The position numbers were made by a program, and so were the translations under genes. Shown in pieces: positions 1 through 10,813 of a stretch of 64,000 nt of DNA. Below the pieces are notes generated by a model. That model was given only the letters and a program-made list of their open reading frames with translations, did not search any database and was not told where the DNA came from. The first letter of the stretch is position 1. Each line of letters starts with the position of its first letter. Source of the stretch: Calditrichaceae bacterium (GTDB lineage: Bacteria; Calditrichota; Calditrichia; Calditrichales; JBFXGD01); NCBI GenBank assembly GCA_050173015.1, contig JBFXLE010000018.1:27294-91293 (forward strand), in the 5' to 3' direction.

Positions 1-704
1 TCTCCGGTCAGATCAAACAAAATTTTAACATTTTCATCCAGAAATTCCGGCTTCCATTTGTTTTTGGAATCAATATTCGGTTGAATATAGGCGATCTTGA
101 TACCTTCAGATTCAGTAGATTCAGAGAGCTTATAATATCCATAACCCAATGAACCCGCGATGATCAAAATGTAAGCAGAAACCGGCAATAGTAATTTTTT
201 ACTGATATTCCGGGAAGAAATGACTGAGTATCCCAGCTGGTTTAATATCAATACGATCAAAGTCAGACCGGAATATCCGGTCAATTCTATCAATTGAATA
301 AAAGGCAGAAAGTATGTCTGGGAATGAGCGAGGTTCAACCAGTTATATCCCAGATCGGTAAATTCACGGGAGAAATCAATGGCAGTCCAGATAAAAGGAT
401 TTATATACGGAAATAATTTGCCCAAACGCTTTTTTAGAAGGACGTACAAATATCCGTACAATCCGAACTGCAGGGGATTTAGAATCAAAATGGCTAAAAA
501 TCCTGATACGGAATAGAGAGAAATCCAATACAAAGCTCCCGCGTTTACCAGGAGGCCGATCAGATAACCTGTCCTGAAGCCCTCTTTTGCGTTTAAATCG
601 TCTAAAACCATAAAAAAGGGTATAAATGCAAACCATGCCAGGAAACCCGTTGGAAATGGAGGATAGGCAGCAATCAAAAGCAGGCCGCTAAGGAGTATAT
701 TCAA
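1..704 (-). CDS. lnt: Apolipoprotein N-acyltransferase, N-terminal part (runs off left edge)
   Basis: Not in the ORF track. Manual minus-strand translation gives LLSGLLLIAAYPPFPTGFLAWFAFIP...LYWI...GYNWLNLAHSQ...IQLIELTGYSG...IAYIQPNIDSKNKW, typical of Lnt. The frame is open to the edge. Start is either TTG at 704 or the in-frame ATG at 767. Confidence 0.88.
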   Translation of the reverse strand, partial: MNILLSGLLLIAAYPPFPTGFLAWFAFIPFFMVLDDLNAKEGFRTGYLIGLLVNAGALYWISLYSVSGFLAILILNPLQFGLYGYLYVLLKKRLGKLFPYINPFIWTAIDFSREFTDLGYNWLNLAHSQTYFLPFIQLIELTGYSGLTLIVLILNQLGYSVISSRNISKKLLLPVSAYILIIAGSLGYGYYKLSESTESEGIKIAYIQPNIDSKNKWKPEFLDENVKILFDLTG

Positions 705-726
705 ATGATAAGATGACGCAAAAAGA

Positions 727-1740
727 CTATTCCAGGCTAATCTCCGCGCCTGTTTTGGCAGATTCATATAAGGCATCCAGGATTTGCATTACGTACACTG
801 CATCGCCCGCCGAAGACATGTTTTTTGCATCTCCGTTAATAACATCGACAAAATGCACCAGTTCGTTTTCATATGCTTTTTTAAATTGATCAATATTTTG
901 TTCCACCAGCATTGGTGTGACATTTACAAGGTTCCCGTGCAATTCCTTGTTGATTCTCAGCGGATTCAAATACGCGGAACCTTGTTTTCCAAATATATGG
1001 GTGTAAATAGTATCCCTCTCGAGATGCATTCGCCAGCTAACCTCAATCGTTATTGATATTCGCGATTCTGTTTCGATGACGGCCAGCGCAGCATCTTCCA
1101 CATTTATTTCGGGATTTAGCCGGTAATCGAATAAACGTACCTTTTTAATTTTTGGAAGATTTAAAAGAAACATTGCCAAATCAATCAGCTGGATGCCGAT
1201 ATCGATCAGTACACCGCCTCCCGCAAAACTTTTTTTCGCGTGCCAGCCGGGAACAATATTTCGGGTCCATTTTTTCAGCCAACCGGTTTTTATGTAAAAA
1301 ATATCACCCAGTTCACTATTGTTTAAAAAATCTTTTAGTATTTTTACATCATCCCGGAAGCGATTATGCATCCCCACCATGAGAGTCAGTTTTTTCTCTT
1401 CGGCCAGTTTTGAAAGTTTCAAAGCATCCCGGTGATTAAGAGCGACCGGTTTTTCAATAAAAACATTCACCCCGTTGCTCAGCGCGAGGTAAGCCATGGG
1501 GTAATGATAAAGACTCGGTGTGCAGATATGTATAGCATCAAGTTTTTCATTACTGATCATTTCATCAATAAGATAGTACCATCTCGGGATATTAAATTTC
1601 TGCGTAAGAAAACTGACTTTGCCCTGATCCACATCGCAAATGGCGACTAATTCCACATTTTCGAGCTTTTTCAATAAGGGGATATGAACAATCTGAGCGA
1701 TGCTGCCTGCTCCGACGACTGCCACTTTTAGTTTTTCCAT
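727..1740 (-). CDS. Gfo/Idh/MocA family NAD(P)-dependent oxidoreductase
   Basis: VVGAGSIA Rossmann motif, EKPVA motif, GGGVLIDIGIQ. Confidence 0.9.
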   Translation of the reverse strand: MEKLKVAVVGAGSIAQIVHIPLLKKLENVELVAICDVDQGKVSFLTQKFNIPRWYYLIDEMISNEKLDAIHICTPSLYHYPMAYLALSNGVNVFIEKPVALNHRDALKLSKLAEEKKLTLMVGMHNRFRDDVKILKDFLNNSELGDIFYIKTGWLKKWTRNIVPGWHAKKSFAGGGVLIDIGIQLIDLAMFLLNLPKIKKVRLFDYRLNPEINVEDAALAVIETESRISITIEVSWRMHLERDTIYTHIFGKQGSAYLNPLRINKELHGNLVNVTPMLVEQNIDQFKKAYENELVHFVDVINGDAKNMSSAGDAVYVMQILDALYESAKTGAEISLE

Positions 1741-1741
1741 T

Positions 1742-2824
1742 CTATGACTCCCTGATATAAGCGTCGTAATTTATGGATTTCATTATCCTGACGGCATCTT
1801 TGGCTTCCCGAAAAGTTGAAAAGGAGAGACGGAAGACTCCCCCTTCTTTTTCCCGGATCTTCAACAATTCTATATCACGAATATCGATATTTTTTTCATA
1901 TAAAGCATTAGAAATTTTTGAAACCACTCCAAGTTCATCATTCACGTAAACAAAAACTTCCGTGAGTGGCGACAGAAACCCTTTGTTCACATTTGGAATT
2001 TCATGACGATACATATTCGCGCTGTTAAAGGCTTCATAAAGGCTTCCGAGTTGATCTTTCTCTGACCGGATTAGTGCTATGAGTTCATCCAACACCGATT
2101 TGATATTGGATTGATTAGAATTGACAATATCCTGCCATATATTTATGGAGCTTGAAGCAATACGGGTTAAATCCCTGAATCCACCTGCGGCCAGCTCAAA
2201 GTAAGGAGAACCCTGTTCATTTTTACGGCCTACAAGATTTACAAGCGCAATGGCAAGTAACTGTGGAACATGACTAATCGCGGCCATGATCTGATCATGC
2301 GTCTCTGAATCGATAATAAGTACACGCGCTTTTAACGCTTCTAGCACAGGTAATAATTTTTGTTTCAGGACCGGGGTTTCTAAGGAGGTGATACCTGTTA
2401 AAACATAAACGGCATTTTCATAAAGCAAGGGGTTTGACGCGGTCAGCCCTGTTTTCTCGGTACCTGTCATTGGATGTCCACCGATATAAATTCCATTAAA
2501 ATTCAACTTGCGGACAAATTTTTCCAGTTCCGACTTTGTACTTCCCATATCAGTTACAACTGTCTCCGGGCTCACCACATCCGCAAGCTGGTCTAACTGT
2601 TTTTTGATAATATGCAGAGGCGTTGCGAGAACGATGATATCGGCATCAGCGCATTCATCAGGCCAAGCCGTGATTTTCCGGTCGATGATATTTTTCTGCA
2701 TCGCCATATCCATAATTTCGGGCAGGTCATACCCGATAATTGTGAGATTTGATAAACGTTGCTTTAACGCGCGCGCCATCGACGCGCCCATCACGCCCAA
2801 ACCAGAAATAACAATTTTCATCAT
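1742..2824 (-). CDS. tyrA: Prephenate/arogenate dehydrogenase with C-terminal ACT domain
   Basis: GLGVMG, DMGSTK, GGHPMTG, HDQIMAAISHVP, GGFRDLTRIA motifs; C-terminal ACT-like region; coupled to aroF. Confidence 0.93.
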   Translation of the reverse strand: MMKIVISGLGVMGASMARALKQRLSNLTIIGYDLPEIMDMAMQKNIIDRKITAWPDECADADIIVLATPLHIIKKQLDQLADVVSPETVVTDMGSTKSELEKFVRKLNFNGIYIGGHPMTGTEKTGLTASNPLLYENAVYVLTGITSLETPVLKQKLLPVLEALKARVLIIDSETHDQIMAAISHVPQLLAIALVNLVGRKNEQGSPYFELAAGGFRDLTRIASSSINIWQDIVNSNQSNIKSVLDELIALIRSEKDQLGSLYEAFNSANMYRHEIPNVNKGFLSPLTEVFVYVNDELGVVSKISNALYEKNIDIRDIELLKIREKEGGVFRLSFSTFREAKDAVRIMKSINYDAYIRES

Positions 2825-3861
2825 CAACGGACTTTTTCGGCTTTATTCGAAATATTTCTACCTATTACTTCGGCAATGACCCTGATCTGGTCCATTAACT
2901 CTTCAAACTGATCGGGGTAAAGTGATTGCGCGCCGTCAGACAGCGCTTTTTCAGGTTCCGGATGTACTTCTATCATAAGGCCGTCCGCACCGGCGGCGAT
3001 CGCCGCGCGAGCCATAGGAATCACTTTATCCCGTAATCCCGTTCCATGAGAAGGATCGGCAAATATAGGAAGGTGGCTCAATTTTTTCACCACCGGAATC
3101 GCGCTGATATCAAGCGTGTTACGGGTATAAGTTTCAAAGGTGCGGATGCCTCTCTCACACAGGATAACATCCTTATTGCCTCCGGATAATATATACTCTG
3201 CAGACATCAGCCATTCTTCTATTGTGGCGGATATGCCTCTTTTAAGAAATATCGGTTTGTTTACTGTCCCCAGGGCTTTGATAAATGAAAAGTTCTGCAT
3301 ATTTCTGGCGCCGACCTGTATGATATCAGTATACTCGCTGACCAGCGGAATCTGATCTTTGTCCATCACTTCGGTAACAACGAGCATATTAAATTTATCA
3401 GCCGCCTCACGTAAATATTTTAAGCCCTGTTCACCCAGGCCCTGGAATGAGTATGGTGAACTCCTCGGCTTGAACGCGCCTCCGCGTAATATCTTCGCGC
3501 CGGCTGCCGAGACACGCTCAGCCACGACTAATGTCTGTTCCTGCGACTCAACTGAGCAGGGGCCCGCCATAATTACAGCTTCAGGGCCGCCGATTTTTAT
3601 GCCTTTAATATCGATCACCGTATTGCTGTGTTTAAATTCCCGGCTTACCAGCTTGTAAGGAGCAGAAATCCGGTACGCGTCGCTGACTCCGGGTAATATT
3701 TGCATATCCCGGACATCAATTTTTGACGTATTGCCGATCACGCCAAGAAGGGTGTGATCCACGCCGGTGGACCGGTGAACATCAAATCCAAGCGAATCCA
3801 GCCGCTCGATCACGTACTCGATTTGCTTTTCGTCAACCCCCTTCTCCATTATTATAACCAT
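2824..3861 (-). CDS. aroF: 3-deoxy-7-phosphoheptulonate (DAHP) synthase, class I-beta with N-terminal regulatory domain
   Basis: [37 protein letters not shown] motifs. Confidence 0.96.
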   Translation of the reverse strand: MVIIMEKGVDEKQIEYVIERLDSLGFDVHRSTGVDHTLLGVIGNTSKIDVRDMQILPGVSDAYRISAPYKLVSREFKHSNTVIDIKGIKIGGPEAVIMAGPCSVESQEQTLVVAERVSAAGAKILRGGAFKPRSSPYSFQGLGEQGLKYLREAADKFNMLVVTEVMDKDQIPLVSEYTDIIQVGARNMQNFSFIKALGTVNKPIFLKRGISATIEEWLMSAEYILSGGNKDVILCERGIRTFETYTRNTLDISAIPVVKKLSHLPIFADPSHGTGLRDKVIPMARAAIAAGADGLMIEVHPEPEKALSDGAQSLYPDQFEELMDQIRVIAEVIGRNISNKAEKVR

Positions 3862-3877
3862 GGGTCATACTCCTATA

Positions 3878-4294
3878 TTAAAATTTATTTTTATCCAAAA
3901 AAGTCTGCAAAATAAAGACTGCCGCAATCTGGTCCACTTTGTCCTTGTTTCGACTTGGTTTTTTCCCGACGGCATGAAGCGACTGATGCGCCATCTGGGT
4001 CGTCAGACGTTCATCTATCCTGATGATCTCTATATCAAGTAAGATAGATAACTGATCTGCTATATCTGATATTTCAGTTGTTTTTTTTGAAGAGGTCCCT
4101 TTCATTGTAAAGGGGATCCCGATAACAACCCGATCTACATTCTGCTCTTCGATTATCATTTTAAGTTCTGCCGCGAGGAGTTGAACATTTTTCCATTGAA
4201 GGGTTTTCAACGGATGAGCAAACATGCCAATTCCGTCACTGATAGCCACTCCGACACGGCGTTCTCCTATATCAAGTCCTAATATTTTTTTCAT
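3878..4294 (-). CDS. ruvX: Holliday junction resolvase-like RuvX/YqgF
   Basis: ILGLDIGERRVGVAISD, DERLTT, VDQIAAVFILQ motifs. Confidence 0.93.
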   Translation of the reverse strand: MKKILGLDIGERRVGVAISDGIGMFAHPLKTLQWKNVQLLAAELKMIIEEQNVDRVVIGIPFTMKGTSSKKTTEISDIADQLSILLDIEIIRIDERLTTQMAHQSLHAVGKKPSRNKDKVDQIAAVFILQTFLDKNKF

Positions 4295-4442
4295 ATACCT
4301 GCTTTCAGATTACAAATACAATTATCAAGCGCATAAGATAATTAATTTAGTCAACTTTTCAAAATATGACGCGGGGAGTATGATCTCACATCGATATTAT
4401 GATTAGTATGGGGGATCACAATTTTTTGTAACAGATGATACC

Positions 4443-4478
4443 AATAAAAAAAGGGATCAACCAATCCCTTTTTTATTT
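4443..4478. terminator. Intrinsic terminator downstream of the HU/IHF gene
   Basis: AATAAAAAAAGGGAT-loop-ATCCCTTTTTTATT inverted repeat with A/T tails. Confidence 0.75.
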
Positions 4479-4524
4479 ATTAAATTTTGTAGCATATTTC
4501 TTAAAAATTCATATCCATGAGTAT

Positions 4525-4842
4525 TTACTTTTTCATTTTATCAGTAGGATTTTTTAAAACGTCTTTTAATAGCTTACCGGCCTTAAAGTGTGTTTTTCGT
4601 CTTGCGGGAACATAGATGATGTCGCCGGTTCTGGGATTCCTCGCTTTTGGCTTTGGTTTGGTTTTTTTGACTTCGAAAACGCCAAAATCCCTGATTTCAA
4701 TCCTGATTTCCGGATCGGCTTCGCTCAGTATTTTTCTTAAAACCGTAAAGACGGCATCAACAAATTTCTCAGCAGTATAGATTTTCTCATTCAGTTCCTG
4801 AGCAGTCCGTTTAGCGACGTCTTTTTTCGTAACCGTCCTCAT
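4525..4842 (-). CDS. HU/integration host factor family DNA-binding protein
   Basis: TKKDVA, IEIRDFGVFEV, ARNPRTG, FKAGKLLK motifs; GGAGG RBS before ATG at 4842. Confidence 0.92.
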   Translation of the reverse strand: MRTVTKKDVAKRTAQELNEKIYTAEKFVDAVFTVLRKILSEADPEIRIEIRDFGVFEVKKTKPKPKARNPRTGDIIYVPARRKTHFKAGKLLKDVLKNPTDKMKK

Positions 4843-5079
4843 CCACACGTCCTCCATAAGACAAAAAGCAGTTAAATTGACTTAATTACTTAATTAATAT
4901 AAACATACAACTTCAAAATATGCAAATCAAGAACTAAGTTTAATAATCTATAATAGATATTAGACTTATGCGACTTTTTTAAAGGTTAAAGAACATTTAG
5001 TAAACCGATCAATTATATTATTCGGCCTCTTATTGGCAATCTTTATCAAATTATTTATAAGTGGAATATTCACCTGCAT

Positions 5080-7713
5080 TTATGTTCTCTCTTTCATCAG
5101 CCGTTTTAATTCATCCAGTTTTTTCAGTGCTTCAATAGGCGTCATATTGTCAAGATCCATCTTTTTTAACTCTTTTTCGACTCGAGATGGCTGAAGATCG
5201 GCAAAAAGAGTCAGCTGGTTGGTATCGACATCTCTGCCACTTTGTCTCTTTGCCAAACGAGGTTTTCTTGAATGTGGTGTCAGCTCATTTGCCTCCAGAT
5301 TTGTCAGAATTTCCCGCGCGCGTTCAATAAGAGCCGAGGGGAGCCCCGCCATTTGAGCGACATATATACCGTAAGAATTATCTGTCCCACCCGGAATAAT
5401 TTTTCTTAGGAAAACGACCTGATCTTCCCACTCTTCCACAGCGACATTGTAATTTTTTATGCGTGGATATATCAATGCGAGTTCTGTCAGCTCGTGATAG
5501 TGCGTCGCGAAAAGTGTCTTTGAGTGGATTTTCTCATTGTTAGTGATATATTCAGCGACTGCCCAGGCAATTGAAAGACCGTCGAACGTACTGGTTCCTC
5601 TTCCAATCTCATCCAGAAGAATAAGGCTTTTGGGAGTCGCATTATTTAATATATTGGCCGTCTCATTCATTTCGACAAGAAACGTGCTTTCTCCCCTCGC
5701 GAGATTATCTGAGGCGCCCACCCTTGTAAAGATTCTGTCCACAATTCCCAGGGATGCCTTTTCCGCGGGTACAAAAGAGCCTATCTGCCCCATCAGGACT
5801 ATTAATCCAACCTGCCGGATAAATGTGGACTTACCCGACATATTCGGACCGGTAATGACCCATAACTGTTCGTTATTAGTATCCAGATTTGTATCGTTTG
5901 AGATAAAATCATCGCCCGGAGGAAGATTCTTTTCGACAACCGGATGACGGCCCGCGGTAATCCTGATTTCCCTGCTGTCATTGATAATGGGTCGAATGTA
6001 ATTGTTATTAAAAGCGGCGGTGGCAAAGCTCAGATAACAGTCCAGTTCGGATATCAGACGGCTGTTCCTTTGAATCGGTTCTATATAACCGGATACACCG
6101 GAACGGATTTCCTGAAAAAGTTTGTATTCGAGCTCATTGATTTTTTCCTCAGCGCCAAGGATTTTATCTTCCCATTCCTTTAACTCCGGAGTAATGTAAC
6201 GCTCCGCGTTTACCAGAGTTTGCTTGCGGATAAAGGTTTCCGGTACTTTATCTTTATGCGCGTTGGTAACTTCAAGATAGTAGCCAAAAACTTTATTATA
6301 GTTAATCTTAAGTGAAGGGATTTTTGTCTTTTTTCGTTCATCTTCCTGGTACCTGATCAGCCAGTCTTTTCCGTGTTCGGAAATATCCCGAAGTTCATCA
6401 AGTTCCTTGTTATATCCGCTCTTGATCAGACCGCCTTCCTGAATCGTGAGCGGCGGATTCTCTGTGATGGCCGCATTGATGATATCTGATAATTCTTTCA
6501 GAGGTTCCAGAGAAACAAAGGTTTTTTCAATTTTTTTTAAACCACTTCCCTCTATAATTTCCTTCACCGGTGAGATGGCCTCCAGTGAACTTTTCAGATT
6601 GAGAAGGTCTCTGCCGTTTGCCCTGCCGGTGACGATTTTTCCTAACAACCGTTCCATGTCATGAATTCTTTTTAATTCCGCGGTCAGATCATCACGAACT
6701 TCGCGGTGTTCAAACAACTCATTGACAACATCATGACGATTAATAATTTCCTTTTTTTCCAATAAGGGCTGCTGAAGCCATTGCTTGAAGAGTCTGGCGC
6801 CCATTGGTGTGACCGTATGATCCAGAACTGTCAACAGAGTATTTCCTTTGCCGGTCCCGGTCATTGATTCGGCAAGCTCAAGGTTCCGCCTGGTGCTTTC
6901 ATCAAGCACCATATATTTTGAAAGATTTGAGACCTGCAGCTGGATAAAGTGTTCGAGTCTGGTCTTATAATTTTCCTGGAGATAATGTATGACCGCCCCG
7001 GCCGCTGTCACTCCCACGGTCATCTCATCGCAACCGAATCCTTTTAGAGAGTGAGTTTTAAAATGATTTATCAAAATATCATAAGCGTAATCACGTGAAA
7101 ATATCCAGTCATCGCGTTTTGTGTACAAAGATGAGAGATGATGATTTGTCAATTGAAATATTGTCTCATAATTTTTATAGGATATCAATATTTCCTTGGG
7201 CTGGAATCTTATAAGCTGCTCGAGCAGAGTGTTTTTATTAAACTCACTCACCATGAAAGTTCCGGTTGAAACGTCCGCGATTGCCAGTCCGCAATCAGCT
7301 TCTGAAAAATCGACGGCTATCAGGAAATTATTTTTTTTGCTGTCAAGTAACTTATCCGATAAGGTTGCTCCGGGAGAAGCGATCTCAACAACTTCCCTCT
7401 TAACGATTCCTTTCGCGAGTTTCGGATCTTCCACCTGTTCACAAATGGCCACCCGCAGACCGGCATTCAGTAATCTTGGAAGATAGTTATCCAGAGCATG
7501 ATATGGGAATCCCGCGAGAGGAACATCCGCGGCTTTCCCGTGAGCTCTTTTGGTGAGAGCAATTCCGAGAGTTTTTGCAAGCGCTTTTGCGTCATCGTAA
7601 AAGGTCTCGTAAAAATCACCCATGCGATAAAGCAAAAGTACATCTTTATAATCCGCTTTGATGCTCAGATATTGATCCATCAAAGGGGTTGTTTTTACAT
7701 TTTTTTTTGCCAT
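5080..7713 (-). CDS. mutS: DNA mismatch repair protein MutS
   Basis: TPLMDQY...GDFYETF, TGPNMSGKST, DEIGRGTST, FATHYHELT. Confidence 0.98.
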   Translation of the reverse strand: MAKKNVKTTPLMDQYLSIKADYKDVLLLYRMGDFYETFYDDAKALAKTLGIALTKRAHGKAADVPLAGFPYHALDNYLPRLLNAGLRVAICEQVEDPKLAKGIVKREVVEIASPGATLSDKLLDSKKNNFLIAVDFSEADCGLAIADVSTGTFMVSEFNKNTLLEQLIRFQPKEILISYKNYETIFQLTNHHLSSLYTKRDDWIFSRDYAYDILINHFKTHSLKGFGCDEMTVGVTAAGAVIHYLQENYKTRLEHFIQLQVSNLSKYMVLDESTRRNLELAESMTGTGKGNTLLTVLDHTVTPMGARLFKQWLQQPLLEKKEIINRHDVVNELFEHREVRDDLTAELKRIHDMERLLGKIVTGRANGRDLLNLKSSLEAISPVKEIIEGSGLKKIEKTFVSLEPLKELSDIINAAITENPPLTIQEGGLIKSGYNKELDELRDISEHGKDWLIRYQEDERKKTKIPSLKINYNKVFGYYLEVTNAHKDKVPETFIRKQTLVNAERYITPELKEWEDKILGAEEKINELEYKLFQEIRSGVSGYIEPIQRNSRLISELDCYLSFATAAFNNNYIRPIINDSREIRITAGRHPVVEKNLPPGDDFISNDTNLDTNNEQLWVITGPNMSGKSTFIRQVGLIVLMGQIGSFVPAEKASLGIVDRIFTRVGASDNLARGESTFLVEMNETANILNNATPKSLILLDEIGRGTSTFDGLSIAWAVAEYITNNEKIHSKTLFATHYHELTELALIYPRIKNYNVAVEEWEDQVVFLRKIIPGGTDNSYGIYVAQMAGLPSALIERAREILTNLEANELTPHSRKPRLAKRQSGRDVDTNQLTLFADLQPSRVEKELKKMDLDNMTPIEALKKLDELKRLMKERT

Positions 7714-7727
7714 TTAATTCTGATTGA

Positions 7728-10700
7728 TTAATTGTGAAGGGATACAATCGGCAGACTAAAATAAAAGGTACTTCCTTTGCCCGGAGTGCTGTTGAACCAA
7801 ACTTCACCTTTATGCAGAGATATAATTTCTTTGCAGATCGCCAGACCAAGGCCGGTGCCTTTTAGTGAGGCGTCTTTTCCCGCTTCGGTTTGTTCATACT
7901 TGTTGAACACCTTGTTTTGCTCTTCAACCGGTATTCCAACTCCATGATCTTTCACCCATACCTGTACTTCTGTCTCACCCTCTCCCGTAAGCTCATTGTG
8001 TTTTTTACCAAGCTTGCTGCCAATCTCAATTTTTCCGCCCATATCCGTAAATTTCAGCGCGTTGCTGATATAGTTTGAAATCACCTGTTCGATACGCAGT
8101 TTATCAAATTTCATGAGCGAAATATTTGGATCAAGACTCAGTTTCATTTCAATATTTTTGTTCTCCGCGAGGACAAGATGCTGAGCATATACTGACTCAA
8201 TCAACATATTGAGTGACTGTACTTCATTCTGTAGTTTAAATTTACCCGCTTCAAGTTTTGATGCGGTCAGAAAATTATCAATAAGCTTGAGTACCTTGTA
8301 CACATTTTCTCTGGCGATGGTCAGAAGTTCTTCCTGCTCTGATGTAATTTTACCGACCACCTGGTTTCGCACAATATCGATATACCCCTGGATAATATTT
8401 AACGGGGACCGCAGGTCATGAACAACCATAGAATTAAAATCAGCCTTAAGACGCTCGAGTCTTCTTTGCGGCCTCAGATCGGATAAAACACCAAGAAAAC
8501 CCACTTTTTTTGATAGCTGATAATAAGGAGTCATATAAATTCTGAGAGGGATAAATTCATTATTGTTATCAAGCAGATCGATTTCGATACCGGAAACGCT
8601 AATTTGAGATAATTTTCCCGATCCGTTTTCATCTGATTTAAGGATCGCGAGAATGTTTTTTTCCAATTCACCCGTTGTTTTATCAGAACAGAGATCAACA
8701 ATATTCTGACCGGTGAGATTTTCAATTTTTTTGTATTTTAATAATTTCGCGAAGCTCTTATTGGTGTATAATATCTCACCTTTCATATTACATGTAATCA
8801 AACCCATCGTCATTGTTTCGGCCAGTAATCTATATTTCAACTCGGATGATTTTAAATTCTCGTATAATTCGGCATTTTCAAGAGCAACAGCGGCCTGATT
8901 GGCAAAATATTCCAGACTCCGGACTTTATCCTCCGCAGGTCTGAGTCTTTCAACGGGATCATTAACCGCTATCACCCCAAGCTCCCTGCCACGGCTCTCT
9001 ATAGGAATAAAAAGCCAGTCGAGATCATTCCATTCCTTACCGATCGTCGTATCAAAATGTCTGCTCAGAGATGGACGGATTCTGTCATCATCATAATTAT
9101 GATCATAAAAATATGAATTACTGATTTCAAAACAACGATCTCTTAAGGCGGAAAACATAGAATCCGGATATTCTTCCTTTAGCTTTTTTTGAGCATTTTC
9201 CTGAAGTCCGAATATACAGGCAGTCTCATATCTTCCCTGGTACGGATCCTTCCTGTCCAGCACAATAATATTCCAGCCGAGAGTTCGTCTGATAGCAGAA
9301 GCTATATTCGTAAGTAATTCGTTGATGTCTTTTTCCAGGGTGAGCTCTTTACCGAGTTCAAACACCCTGTCAAGCTGCTTTATTGTCTGCTGGGCATGGC
9401 GGATCAACCTGCTTTCCATGAGAACATCGGTTGCCTTCTGAATAAGCTGCTCCGCCTCACGGATCGAAGTGCCTGTGAATTTTCTAACGGGATTTTCATC
9501 TCCGACCAGGAAAAATCCCTTTATCTCATTTCCTATCTTCAAAGTAAACAATACAATAGACTTGTATTTTCCCCCTCCGAGAGCAGCCATATTTTCCAAA
9601 TCCGGCGCCACTGACTCGCTTAGGTTATAGGAAGCATTCATCTCCTTGTCCTGAAGATATTTTTCAAATGTCGGGTAGTCTTTTACGAGCAGAACGGGAG
9701 GTTTGTCATTTTCAAAAAGATTATTCTCATTTTGCTTGGTATAACAATATTGTGGATATAAGAAACGGAAACCTTCATTATAATTTAAATAAATGCACAT
9801 GTTCGCATTCAATTGTTTCAATAACTGTCGACTCATATAGTTGAAGATTTCATTCTCATTGAGTCTTTGAAAAAGATTCTGAATATCCGCCGCGGTTTCC
9901 CTTTGCGGCGCCCTTCCCGAGAATAATTTTCTCAAGTTAAGTATCCTGAAAGCGAGCGAGGTGCTAAGATTGGCTATCTGATCAAAGCGAGTATCGCTCA
10001 GAGAATTTTTTTCATTGACACCGATCAGCGTTAACCCGACCTGCCTTTCCAAAGCGCGATGGGGAAATTGATAAAAAATTGCGGATTTCAATCCGACCGT
10101 CATAAAAAAATTAAGAATATACTGATCAGAGATGCGGTCCGCGGCTATTCCGGGGTTTGAAAAGAAATATTGCTGCCAGATAGGATGATCAAATAAGGAT
10201 TTATCAATATCGGCGTCCCCGGTATTCTTTGGTATAATATTTTTAAAATCGTATTGTTTCGTGGTTGAATTAAAAATTAGAGTGATAACAAAATCGGGTT
10301 GCAGTGTACCCACTATAAAGTCATCATAAATTTCGCATAACCGGTTCAAATCCTGAGTGATAATCAAATTATGCTGCAATTCCGCAATATTTTGAAGACC
10401 TTTGACTTCACGGTTGTAGCGTTTTAGACGGCGGCTGTTCGTAAGATGAAACCTGATTTTTGCTTTTAAATCTACAAGGCTTCCCGAATCACCCGCTATT
10501 TCACTGATTCCGTTTTTTTCAATCTCTATTCGGTCATATAATTCAAGATCGCTGATCAACGCGATTATGGGTATTTCGGAACCCACAGAAGCGGATTGTA
10601 TTTTTCTGATGATTGCTTTTGATTGAGAAGATAAGGATTCCCCCCACAGAATAATGTCCGGCTTCATGCTGCGGGCCAGATCATAGGAATTTTCCGTATT

Positions 10701-10805
10701 GCTTGCCATGATAACAGCGAACCCTGTTTCACGCAGATATTCTGTTATTCGTTCACGGACAATCGGATTTTTATGAAGGATTAATACCTTATCTTTATAA
10801 ATCAT
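7728..10805 (-). CDS. Soluble sensor histidine kinase (receiver-like N-terminus, GAF domains, PAS, HisKA, HATPase)
   Basis: VHDLRSPL H-box, NYISNALKF, DHGVGIP, GTGLGL; GAF signature FANQAAVALENAELY; PAS-like YTNKSFAKLL. Confidence 0.9.
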   Translation of the reverse strand: MIYKDKVLILHKNPIVRERITEYLRETGFAVIMASNTENSYDLARSMKPDIILWGESLSSQSKAIIRKIQSASVGSEIPIIALISDLELYDRIEIEKNGISEIAGDSGSLVDLKAKIRFHLTNSRRLKRYNREVKGLQNIAELQHNLIITQDLNRLCEIYDDFIVGTLQPDFVITLIFNSTTKQYDFKNIIPKNTGDADIDKSLFDHPIWQQYFFSNPGIAADRISDQYILNFFMTVGLKSAIFYQFPHRALERQVGLTLIGVNEKNSLSDTRFDQIANLSTSLAFRILNLRKLFSGRAPQRETAADIQNLFQRLNENEIFNYMSRQLLKQLNANMCIYLNYNEGFRFLYPQYCYTKQNENNLFENDKPPVLLVKDYPTFEKYLQDKEMNASYNLSESVAPDLENMAALGGGKYKSIVLFTLKIGNEIKGFFLVGDENPVRKFTGTSIREAEQLIQKATDVLMESRLIRHAQQTIKQLDRVFELGKELTLEKDINELLTNIASAIRRTLGWNIIVLDRKDPYQGRYETACIFGLQENAQKKLKEEYPDSMFSALRDRCFEISNSYFYDHNYDDDRIRPSLSRHFDTTIGKEWNDLDWLFIPIESRGRELGVIAVNDPVERLRPAEDKVRSLEYFANQAAVALENAELYENLKSSELKYRLLAETMTMGLITCNMKGEILYTNKSFAKLLKYKKIENLTGQNIVDLCSDKTTGELEKNILAILKSDENGSGKLSQISVSGIEIDLLDNNNEFIPLRIYMTPYYQLSKKVGFLGVLSDLRPQRRLERLKADFNSMVVHDLRSPLNIIQGYIDIVRNQVVGKITSEQEELLTIARENVYKVLKLIDNFLTASKLEAGKFKLQNEVQSLNMLIESVYAQHLVLAENKNIEMKLSLDPNISLMKFDKLRIEQVISNYISNALKFTDMGGKIEIGSKLGKKHNELTGEGETEVQVWVKDHGVGIPVEEQNKVFNKYEQTEAGKDASLKGTGLGLAICKEIISLHKGEVWFNSTPGKGSTFYFSLPIVSLHN

Positions 10806-10813
10806 AGCTCACT

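Noticed and set aside
376-636. 86-aa ORF from the track
   Set aside because: It is an alternative frame inside lnt, whose true frame is open to the window edge.
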